Shown here piece by piece: positions 17,180 to 28,590 of a stretch of 64,000 nt of DNA. Source of the DNA: Macrostomum lignano (Eukaryota); the NCBI GenBank assembly GCA_002269645.1, contig NIVC01000928.1, positions 186,001-250,000 on the forward strand, read 5' to 3'. The translations under genes and the position numbers were made by a program. How positions within the stretch are numbered: the first letter of the stretch is position 1; every line of letters begins with the position of its first letter. The notes under the pieces were generated by a model that was not told the DNA's origin, made no database searches, and was given only the letters and a program-made list of their open reading frames with translations.

Positions 17180-19565
17180 TTAATCTTTGTTGTCCTCTTT
17201 GTCCTTAATTGGCAGCAGCGAATTTGCAGCGGCTTCGGCCAGCGGCTTCATCAAATACGAGTCTAAGTCTAACTTTGGCAAATGGGTAAAAAAACTCGCA
17301 TTTCGGGTCACAAGCGAAACCAGCAGGGGCAGTCCTCGGATGCTCCACTTCAGTCCGAGACGAAGAACCGTTCGCAGGATCTGATTGGATGCGCCCTTCG
17401 GGATGCTCACCAGCTCTAGTAGTTCAGTTCGCAGGTCTTGAACAATGTCTACCGCCATGCCGACTCTTTTCTTGCCGGATCCCAGCTTACCGATCCCATT
17501 GAGAATCGCATCCAAAATTGGGCTTTCCAATGCGTCCTTCATTTTCTTTTTGAAGCTGTCGACTTGGCGCGAGAGATCGAGTCCGGACTTTGCCCAGATG
17601 CAGAAGTGCTCACAGTTGCACTGCCCAACGTGGTACGCGGTCTCTTTCTCGCGTCCGAAAGCTCGTTTGAGCACAACCTTTGGACTGAAGCAGTCGAGGC
17701 TGTGGTATTGAACCAGTCGGCCATCCTTCTCGACATCTGCAAAGGGGTACAGAGTCTTTTGAATCGTACCCTTCGCCGCAAAAGCCAAGGCAGCCGATGC
17801 TGTCCTTGCGTCAATCTCGCCAGTGTACTCAATCAATGCCACCTGTTGTGTGTCCTCTAAAACCTCCACAACAATCGCATGGTGACAGTAGAATCTTCGC
17901 TTAAAATCCAAGTGATCTCCGGGCTTCAGATCTGCGGCACTTTTCAATTTAGCAATCTGAAAAGGCAGCCCCATCTCGCTGCTGGAATGACGGGGCAGAG
18001 CGCGTCTGAGTTCGGGTACAGTTTTTGGAATTCTCGAGTCCCGGCAATTGTCCAAGCAGATGGGGCTGGATTTGCCGCAGGCGCACTCAAGCAAATTATT
18101 GCCACTGTCACCCTCAACAGGATGCAGGTGCGACAAGCCGCAACAATGCGATTCCAGCTCCTCGAAGCCGTCGGGTACCTCTGCGGGAGCTGGCGTCTGC
18201 GCGGGCTCGATGTCGCAAATCGACTCACAATTGCCGCATGCGCTGCAGTGCTGCACTAGCCACGTGCTTCCTTCCCGGTCTTCGAACCCGATTTCTGCTG
18301 CGGGTTTGCCACAACGCTCACAGTCGGTTTGCTTTACGTGGTCGTTGTTCAACTGTCGCTGAACTTCGTGCTTAGCATTGGAGCAGAGCTCGTCGATTCG
18401 ACGTTTCGACATTTTTCCGTCACAGTTGTGGCAAAGAACGACTTCTTCGCCAGCAGAGATTTCGTCCGTCTCGACTCGACCGCTTTCGCACTTGGGACAA
18501 TGCTCTCCGGAGATTTCGAATTGGAAAATGTACCTTGAATACGGTAGCTGACAGTCTGGGCAGTAGAAGGACACCATCAGTGAGTCTGCCTTATCTAGGT
18601 CGAACAGTAGCGGCTCGTTGTTTTGGCATGAACAACCAACGAAACGCCACAACTCCTCCGAATAATTCATCGAGCACGGAGGCTGGGGAATGGAGAGGTA
18701 GGTATAAGGTAGACTTGAACCAGTTGTACCTCTTCATCGAATCTTGAGTGAATGTAACCTCGACCCTCCACTATCACAATCACGCAGTAAAACTTAGTCT
18801 CACCTGTTCTGTGCTCGGCTCTGAAGCTTTTTTACTCAAAGAAACCTCTGCTATCTCTCCGTTTAGCTCTTCAAAGTGGTCCGCTTCTTGACCGCACTTC
18901 GGGCAACTCGCCAACTCATCCGTGGGTTTGTACTTGTTGTTGCACCGTCTGCAGCAGGCGATCAGACACGGGTCTCTGACGGGGGCGTCTTTCTGTTAAT
19001 TTAATAAGGTGCAATTGTTATCACCGAAAAAGGGCAGGTTTTCTTGATTAAATACGCTCGTAAGACACTAAGACAGCGCATCTCTTACGGTTCCTGGCGA
19101 CGAAACGCTGCGATGAAGCGCTGGGGCCTCCGGTTGAGCGAGCTTGCAATCTTCTTTCGTATGCAAACTGTTTGGCAAGCTTGGTGAGTCAGTCTGTCAG
19201 GGGGTTTATGTGCGTTGTGATTAATATTTTCCTTGTAAACTATAACGAAAATTTTGCTAAAGAATGAACTCTTCTACCGAAAGGTCTTCTAAATGGTTTC
19301 TGAACCATCTCCTAACAGAGTCACTCACCGAGGCGGCACTCAAGCAGTACTTGCACAAAATGTTTGTATTATCCGGCACGGCATCAACACTAGAGCTTTC
19401 ACACTTTGGACAGCACAGTGAGTCTTCGACTGCGAATTCCCTGTCAAAGAGTTCGTCACAGTCTCCGCAGTAGATCGAGCCGCACTTGCTGATGTCTCGC
19501 TCGCAGCTCTCGCATCTGTTGAGTCCGGCTTCGGCCATGTCACACAGAGATCTGAGAGGATTCAT
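17180..19565 (-). CDS. Multi zinc-ribbon (CxxC) + LRAT/PLAAT (permuted NlpC/P60) domain protein, ~694 aa; exons 19565-19278, 19193-19089, 18992-18804, 18682-17180
   Basis: H-box FYCHHAIVV and catalytic NCEHF motif. Many CxxC pairs. Three phase-0 GT-AG introns (84, 96, 121 bp) join ORFs 19257-19574 and 17180-18670 in frame. Confidence 0.88.
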
Positions 19566-20029
19566 TTTGATCAAAAAACAAAAGCAGTTATTTAAAAACT
19601 ACTTGCAGTAGGAAGGAATAATCTAAAAAAACGTTTTCACAACACTAAAATGCTTAAGGATTCGATTACCCCTTATCTTGTCTCTGCGCCATGGCATAGA
19701 GACCTTAGAGACGTCTCAAAGTCGTAGCATTTTACAAACCCGCTGCGATTATCTATGGCAGACTTCAAAAGTAAAAAACTCGTATGCACATAAGTATCTA
19801 GTTAATGTTTCTACAACTTGTAGATTTTGAAAGTAAAGCTTAGAACTGCTAAATAATGCTTAGTATCAGTTACTTTTTTCAATTCGCAAAATAAGGAGTT
19901 TTGGCCATAGATATTTTTTTAGATTTCGTTCTTTCTTTCTTTGTCTAGAGTGCTGGGGTGCAAATGTGGGGGCTACCTCAGCGCCCCCTTGACCCCGCTT
20001 TCTTTTGACTTTGCCATAGAAATTTTACC

Positions 20030-20325
20030 GGCCGTGAAACCGACTGAATGCATTGGAGTAAATGGGATTTTACCATAGACAGAATCAGCGGGCCGTGAAA
20101 CCAACTGAATGCATTGGAGTAAATGGGATTTTACCATAGACAGTCTCAGCGGGCCGTGAAACCAACTGAATGCATTGGAGTAAATGGGATTTTACCATAG
20201 ACGGAATCAGCGGGCCGTGAAACCAACTGAAAGCATTGGAGTAAATGGGATTTTACCATAGACAGTCTCAGCGGGCCGTGAAACCAACTGAATGCATTGG
20301 AGTAAATGGGATTTTACCATAGACA
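20030..20325. repeat. 61-bp tandem repeat, ~5 copies, each carrying CCATAGAC
   Basis: Cores at 20073, 20134, 20195, 20256, 20317. Confidence 0.95.
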
Positions 20326-21589
20326 CGACCGCTAACTATAACACTAATATGGATGGGCCGCATCGGGCAGAAACGAGCCAACATTCCTCGGCGCTACGCG
20401 GCTCGGCGTTATAGCTCATTTCTGCCCTCTGCAGCCCATCAATATTGGTATAATATAGAATCTGAGGTCTTGAACGTGCTCTACTTGTGTAGGTGTGAAA
20501 TTGGAAAAATATCATTGCCACATTAGCATAGAAATGGGTAATGCTTTCTCTAGCTTCCAATCCACCTGTGCTATTTCCATAAGTCATTCGTAAAGTGAAC
20601 CGAACAAAGAGGCTTCCCTGACAGGAGGATTTGGAAATTTGGGGATTATGAACAGGCCTTTTTTCTGATATAGCAATCACAGACTCACAGTCAGGCATTA
20701 AAGACACTTACAAAAGCAAAAATGGAAAAACTAGAAAAAACTTACGCTATTCTTATCAGCGTTGGTACAAAAAACGCAGACCTCTTTGGTTGTCTGCTTT
20801 CTTCAGGCTCTTCAATTTCTTTGAGGGTTTACACTAGTACACCGCAGTACGGACGGTACATGGAACTAAACCCAGGCCGTCTCCATTTGGTTCTTAAATA
20901 CAATCTCTGCTATTACGAGCGTACGGCTATTCCCAAAAAGGTCGAGACGCGTACGCCGTACAGTGCTTCTGCGTGAGCACAGGGTGCGTACAATCAACAT
21001 TGATTGAGATAGTTCCCTTTTGTTTGAGTGTATAATTGTTTTCAGTTTTGTGAACAAATGTACATTTGCACAAACGAGCGTACTTTCCATGCGCACGACA
21101 GCTTGCGGTTGGCTGCTTTCAAGGTCAAGGTCAGACAGACCAGAAGGGGGGAGGGTGGATCCCGAGGTGAAGACCCGAAATTGACACCTCGCCCCCCTGG
21201 TTGCACCACTGAGATAGACAGAACTTTTCGTATTCTGTCCCCTCTTCAAATTATTATTGAAGAAATCCTAGAGTTTTTTATTTCGAATTTTCGCGTTTTT
21301 TGGCGTTTGATGTTTCACGTTTTTTTAAATGTTGTGTCGTGTCCACTGTCCAGTTTGTTATTCATGAAATGTTTTACATCTATTGCAAAAAACAAGTGAC
21401 AAAGACCGATTTAGCAGAGTTGGCATTCCGAACGGAAAAGCGGGGGCTGATTTCTTTGTTTCTGTTTGGCTCTGCGACTGTATTGATCAAGATAATCTTT
21501 GCAACTTTCCATCTTAACTTCTCAGTCTCACCCTCTAATGAGAGAGGAATCTCACCTAAATCCTTGTTGACTTTGGCGCCTCACGATTT

Positions 21590-22710
21590 CTTGAGAGCCC
21601 CTGAATCCCCATTGGCGCCCCTCAATCCCCTTTGGTGCCTCTCAATCCCCTTTGGCACCTCTCAATCCACTTTGGGGCCTCTCAATCCACTTTGGCGCCT
21701 CCCAATCCCCTTTGGCGCCTCTCAATTCCTGTGTTGGCACCCCTCGATCCCCTTTGGCGCCTCTCAATCCACTTTGGCGCCTCTCAATCCACTTTGGCGC
21801 CTCTCAATCCACTTTGGGGCCTCTCAATCCACTTTGGCGCCTCTCAATCCACTTTGGCGCCCCTCAATCCCCTTTGGCGCCTCTCAATTCCTGTTGGCAC
21901 CCCTCGATCCCCTTTGGCGCCTCTCAATCCACTTTGGGGCCTCTCAATCCACTTTGGCGCCTCTCAATCCACTTTGGCGCCCCTCAATCCCCTTTGGCGC
22001 CTCTCAATTCCTGTTGGCACCCCTCGATCCCCTTTGGCGCCTCTCAATCCACTTTGGGGCCTCTCAATCCACTTTGGCGCCTCTCAATCCACTTTGGCGC
22101 CCCTCAATCCCCTTTGGCGCCTCTCAATTCCTGTGTTGGCACCCCTCGATCCCCTTTGGCGCCTCTCAATCCACTTTGGCGCCCCTCAATCCCCTTTGGC
22201 GCCTCTCAATTCCTGTTGGCACCCCTCGATCCCCTTTGGCGCCTCTCAATCCACTTTGGCGCCTCTCAATCCACTTTGGCGCCTCTCAATCCACTTTGGC
22301 GCCCCTCAATCTCCATTGGCGCCTCTCAATCCTCTTTGGCGCCCCTCAATCCCCATTGGCGCCTCTCAATCCACTTTGGTGCCTCTCAATCCACTTTGGC
22401 GCCTCTCAATCCACTTTGGCGCCTCTCAATCCACTTTGGCGCCCCTCAATCCCCTCTGGCGCCTCTCAATTCCTGTTGGCACCCCTCGATCCCCTTTGGC
22501 GCCTCTCAATCCTCTTTGGCGCCTCTCAATCCACTTTGGCGCCTCTCAATCCACTTTGGCGCTTCTCAATCCTCTTTGGCGCCTCTCAATCCTCTTTGGC
22601 GCCTCTCAATCCTCTTTGGCGCCTCTCAATCCACTTTGGCGCTCCTCAATCTCCATTGGCGCCTCTCAATCCCCGTTGGCGCTCGTCAATCCCCGTTGGC
22701 GCTCCTCAAT
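21590..22710. repeat. 20-bp minisatellite (CTCTCAATCCACTTTGGCGC)n
   Basis: Direct reading. Explains three long overlapping ORFs. Confidence 0.96.
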
Positions 22711-23509
22711 CCCGGGGATTTTACAAAGCCCCCTTCGAATTCTTTTCAGCAGCACCAAAAAATTGCTAAAGAAGCATACATACTACGAGTCCATATTTTC
22801 AAATCGCTATGAGATGGTTTTTGCTATCCTGTCTACTTCTGACCCCGCTGCCACGCAAGAACAGAGGAACTTAAACACAGGGGCAGAGACTGAAAAAATA
22901 AAACGAAGATGGGAGGTGGAGGCAGAGCCAGAAAAATGAGATGATGTGACGTTGAGTTACTCCGCTGAGTTGAGTTACTCCGACTGCATTTTCAGAGGCA
23001 TCATATTATAATTAGCCACTTCTCAAACCCCGCGCCGTTTCTGTTTTAACTAAATTTAACTGTGGGGTTGGGTTGGGTAGAGGTTTCGGCCTGTGGACCA
23101 GCAGATGGAGGGCTGTGTTGAATGGCTGTCTACCTGTCCGTGGGTACCGCAATTTCTAACCATTCACCCCTGCGCTCTCTCCGTCTCTCTCTCCATCTCG
23201 GGCGACTCCATAAGCACTCTTTAAGTAAGCGCTGGCTGATGGTTGATGAAGTCTGAGTTACGCGTTGGTTGGCCAGGTAGGAGGGCCTGTGGTGGGAGGA
23301 GGGTCTTTAACCTGCGTGCAGAAATTTCATAGGGCTTGTCTATCTATAGGACCTGAGTACGGTCCTGCTAGACTCAAAATTTAAACAGAAATTCCTGTCA
23401 CAAAGCAAGAAGAATCTTACTTACACAAAAAACTTGCTTTCACGTTTTCTCTCGAAGGGCACGTCGGGAGGTTTTTGATGTAGGTTATTTCCGTTTCTTC
23501 CCGAGCTAG

Positions 23510-26500
23510 ATGGCTCCACTTCAGAATGCAGGCCGGTGCTGGTACCAAGCGTGGAACAGCTGGTTGGCCCTGCTTCCTCTAACGGCATTGCTACTGCTGA
23601 GTGGTGCTGTTAAACCCACAGGTGAGTCTCAGAGACGTTTTCTGCATGCCTAAGTTTTGGCTGAGAGGATTACCAAATACTTTAAGCCAGTTTACCAGAA
23701 CGTCATCTCTTTCACATCTGGCACACAGCATGCGATGTGGACCCGGCCCTCGACCAGCTGTACCGACGGTTCTACACCAATCGTGAGGGCTATAAGTACG
23801 CTCGTCCCGTTGCCAATGTGTCGGAGCCCGTCATAATGTACATGAATCTCAGCCTAGTCCAGCTCATGAACGTGGACGAGAAGAACCAGATCATCTCGCT
23901 CAACTTGTGGGTCTATCAGGAGTGGCACGATCCGTTTTTCCGCTGGGACCCCGGCGAATACGGCGGCATCAGCAAGATCATCCTACCGTCGGACGGTCTG
24001 TGGACGCCGGACGTGGTACTGTACTCGAAGTGAGTTCCTCGATGAATCAAAATATAAATGTCTATTAATATTTCGATCTATAGCAACATCAGTCATATTT
24101 GATTTTATCGACTCTGGATTTTATAATCGTCTTTCGTCGTTCTTTCGACGCAGTAAAGATAAAACGATTGCTGCGGTTCGGTAAATATGGATGTACAAAA
24201 TTTAATACATTATTCCCCCCAACAGCACCGGCACCAACTGGGACCTGAGCGCCACTTCCACCCGCGTCAAAGTGAACAACAAAGGCCTGGTGGTCTGGAA
24301 GCCGCCGATCACGTACGACAGCTCCTGCGACATCAACGTCGAATTCTTCCCGTTCGACACCCAGGATTGCAAGCTGAAGATGGGCACCTGGACCTATCAC
24401 GGCCTGCACATTGACATGCGCCACGTAGCTCAGAAAGTGGACGACAATGGCCGAAACAGGCGCAACTTTGACAACTGCGAATCGGATATTGATTACGCTA
24501 TCGATCTGGCCGACTATGTGGAGAGTGCCGAGTGGGATCTCATGCGAGTGTCGGCCACTAGGAATATCGTTAAATATGCCTGCTGCGTTGAGCCTTACCT
24601 CGATATCACGTTCCTGTGAGTACATGTAGAAACGGATAGTTTAAATGCTGCTGATTTTCGCCACTCTGTGCTCTGGTGCTCAGGCTTACTGGAGTTCTGT
24701 TTGATCGATTTTATGCTCGTAATGTATAAAATTTGATGGACAGCAACGTTTAAGCAGCAAGGCTGCAAAATTTTTCTAATGAACTTTGAATTAATTTTGA
24801 ACCTCTTCTCATTCTCGCGTTTTAACCAAAACTTTTACATTTGGTTGAATGCTCGTTTTCTTATAAACTACGACTCGTAATTAAAAAGTTTAAGCGAAAC
24901 GCTTACAAATATTAAGCAAATTAGCTCTGGCTTGATTGCTAGGTAGCTCAGCAGTTGCTCGAGCAATAGAGCTGGTTCGCGAGCTTGAGTTCTAAAGAAG
25001 TCGAAATGGCGTACGCAGGAACTCTAAAAGGGTGCTATAATACTTGGTGTCTTGGCTGGCGCCCCTATCGCCTAGCTGGGCGCCCCTGTCTCTAGGGGGC
25101 ACCCCTACACTTGTCTCCTAGGTCGATGGATTGCCACGTTCAAGACCTCGGGTTTCATATCTCCGAAATTTCACATCTCCGACACTTAATGTCTCCGACC
25201 CTTCATTTCTCTGACCCTTCATTTCTCTGACCCTTCATTTCTCTGACCCTTCATTTCTCTGACCCTTCATTTCTCTGACCCTTCATTTCTCCGACCCTTC
25301 ATATCTCCGACACTTCATATCTCCGACCCTTCATTTCTCTGACCCTTCATTTCTCTGACCCTTCATATCTCCAACCCTTCATTTCTCTGACCCTTCATTT
25401 CTCTGACCCTTCATTTCTCCGACACTTCATATCTCCGACCCTTCATTTCTCTGACCCTTCATTTCTCTGACCCTTCATATCTCCGACACTTCATATCTCC
25501 GACCCTTCATTTCTCTGACCCTTCATTTCTCTGACCCTTCATTTCTCTGACCCTTCATTTCTCTGACCCTTCATTTCTCTGACCCTTCATTTCTCTGACC
25601 CTTCATTTCTCTGACCCTTCATTTCTCTGACCCTTCATTTCTCTGACCCTTCATATCTCCGACACTTCATATCTCCGACCCTTCATATCTCCGACACTTC
25701 ATATCTCCGACCCTTCATATCTCCGACACTTAATTTCTCCGACACTTCATATCTTCGACACTTCATATCTCCAACACTTCATATCTCCAACACTTCATAT
25801 CTCCAACACTTCATATCTCCGACACTTAATTTCTCCGACACTTAATTTCTCCGATACTTCATATCTCCGACACTTAATTTCTCCGACACTTCATATCTTC
25901 GACACTTCATATCTCCAACACTTCATATCTCCGACCCTTCATATCTCCGACACTTAATTTCTCCGACACTTCATATCTCCGACAATTCATATAGCTATCC
26001 ATACAGCTATGCGATTCGATTGCTAAGAAGACTTGAATTCAGGACTTTGGATTGAAGAACTTTACTGACAAGACACATTTAATAACTCACCTCTCTTCAG
26101 AGTGACATTCCGTCGCCAGCCGCTTTTCTACGGCACGAACCTGATCGCGCCGTGCATTGCCATCAGCTGCCTAACCAGCTTCGTGTTTCTCCTACCCTCC
26201 GACACTCAAGAGAAAATGACTCTGAGCACTTTTATCCTACTCGCCTTGACTGTGTTCCTACTGCTGGTGTTCGATTTAACTCCTACCACGTCGCTAGTGG
26301 TGCCACTAATTACCAAATACCTGCTGTTCACTATGATACTCATCAGTCTGTCACTGTTCGTTTCCACCGTGGTGCTGAATGTTCGCTACAGCCCACCTGA
26401 CATCTACCGGGTGCCGCCCTGGGCTAAGCGACTCTTTCTACAGGTGCTACCTGGACCTCTGATGATGGACCGGCCAAACGTCGATGACGGGGATGGCTGC

Positions 26501-28590
26501 GAAGCTGAGGACTCTTCTGAGACTGCTCTGTTTCAAGGCGTTCACGACGATGAAGGTAAATATTGTAGTATCATCGGGTCTTTTCAGAAACTCTTTTATA
26601 GATAGTTAAAAGCTAATAGTCGCCATATTCCTCCATAACGGCTCCCACCCCAAAAAAGGGCAAAAATAGAATCTTGTGATGAAAACATGCTCAACATTTG
26701 GGCATCAAAATTTAATATGCTTCAATTTTAATTGTACTGACTCGCTTATCGCGACAAATCCCAAAATATTTCATTTGCCAAGTCGCCTGATTGACGATCC
26801 CTGAGTCTCAATTCTCCCAATTTTGCATGCGAGCTCTTACACAGTCCTCAAAACGTTTGCAATGCATGGTATCGATCCAGAATTTTCGGTCGCCGCGCAA
26901 GAACTTTTTTGATGGGCAAGTAAAAGACCGACCGCATAAAGACAGGTAATGGTAAGGCTTAGGGATTCTGAAATTTTATGCTCGGACGTCCATGGGTGGT
27001 ATAATTTGAAACGCTCCGGTAGACGCTATAAGTAGAAGTTTACTCGTACAAGTATTGTAAACCGATTGCTTCTCCAAGGAGGCGACAGCGACAGCGATGC
27101 GGGCTCCAGCGGCAGCTGCAGCAGCCTCAGCAGGCGCATCCACCGCTACAGTCAGCCCGGAGCCAGTCGGGCCGATCGCGAGTGCCTCGCCAGCATTCTG
27201 TCCGCTCTGCGGGGTGTCCGGTCCATTGCTAAACGAATTCGCGATAGCGAGTCGGTGGCCAACACCGAGGAGGAGTGGAAGTACATCGCGCTGATCTTGG
27301 ATCGCATTTTCTTGTATTGCTTCGGTCTATCGAGCGTTGTTGGCATGCTCGGCATCTTTTTGCAGGTGAATTTTTCATCTACATTTAGTAGGAATCGCTC
27401 GAGCACAAAACTCAATTTTATTTTTTTGAGAACCGTCACAAGAATATCGACTATTTAGGGTCTTGTCCTTTTGACGTTGCCTTAGAATCTCGCCCAAAAA
27501 TCTCAGCCCCTTCTATTGATAATCTCATCCCCTCCAGAAACGTGTCTTTTAGAATCTCACCCCAAGAAGCTAATTATACTCATGATAATCTCATCCCCTC
27601 CAGAAACGTGTCTTTTAGAATCTCACCCCAAGAAGCTAATTATACTCATGATAATCTCATCCCCTCCAGAAATGTGTCTTTTAGAATCTCACCCCAAGAA
27701 GCTCCAAATATGTGTCTTTTAGAATCTCACCCCAAGAAGCTAATTATACTCATGAGAATCTCATCCCCTCCAGATATGTGTCTTTTAGAATCTCACCCCA
27801 AGAAGCTAATTATACTCATGAGAATCTCCTCCTCTCCAGAAATGTGTCTTTTAGAATCTCACCCCAAGAAGCTAATTATACTCCTGAGAATCTCATCCCC
27901 TCCAGATATGTGTCTTTTAGAATCTCACCCCAAGAAGCTAATTATACTCCTGAGAATCTCATCCCCTCCAGATATGTGTCTTTTAGAATCTCACCCCAAG
28001 AAGCTAATTATACTCATGATAATCTCATCCCCTGCAGAAATGTGTTTTTTAGAATCTCACCCCAAGAAGCTCCAGATATGTGTCTTTTAGAATCTCACCC
28101 CAAGAAGCTAATTATACTCCTGATAATCTCATCCCCTCCAGATATGTGTCTTTTAGAATCTCACCCCAAGAAGCTAATTATACTCATGAGAATCTCATCC
28201 CTCCAGAAACGTGTCTTTTAGAATCTCACCCCAAGAAGCTAATTATACTCATGAGAATCTCATCCCTCCAGAAACGTGTCTTTTAGAATCTCACCACCAG
28301 AAGATTACCTCTGATAAATCTCTTACATAGAATCTCATCCCTCAGAAAGATCCCCCCAGAGTAAAGAATTGCAGTTAAACCAATTGGCATATGCAATAGA
28401 ATTGCAACATTGAAACTTATTATCTCAATCAATGGCGCTAGCAATGCTTCGAATATACACAACACCCACTTCACAGGCTCCGACACTCACTGACAACAAA
28501 GACCCATTGCGAGCTTCCAAATTTCTCGAGTACGAGAGCAACATCAACTTTACCAGACGCTGCGGTGTTGGCTACCAAGCTACTAGCTAA
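23510..28590 (+). CDS. Nicotinic acetylcholine receptor alpha subunit (cation-type); exons 23510-23621, 23729-24029, 24226-24615, 26101-26555, 27079-27365, 28477-28590
   Basis: Signal peptide; RPV, WxPDxVLY, Cys-loop CDINVEFFPFDTQDC, GTWTY, loop C YACC (alpha signature), M1-M3, EK ring, M4 EEWKYIALILDRIFL..FLQAP. Splice phases 1,2,2,1,0 match. Confidence 0.95.
25150..25990. repeat. 16-bp minisatellite (CTGACCCTTCATTTCT)n in nAChR intron 3
   Basis: Direct reading. Confidence 0.95.
27490..28340. repeat. 66-bp minisatellite with shorter variants in nAChR intron 5
   Basis: TAGAATCTCACCCCAAGAAGC recurs at 27550, 27616 and onward. Confidence 0.93.

Noticed and set aside
20030-20325. CRISPR-like array
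   Set aside because: No unique spacers (units are near-identical), no cas genes, and the context is eukaryotic. The same applies to the 32-bp array at 15689 and the 66-bp array at 27490.
20336-21399. ORFs of 84-127 aa between the cassette region and the 20-bp array
   Set aside because: No recognisable motifs, splice structure or codon bias. Part looks like the end of a non-autonomous DNA transposon (..GGTTGCACCACTG).
21300-22939. Three overlapping 386-489 aa ORFs
   Set aside because: They are translations of a 20-bp tandem repeat in all three frames.
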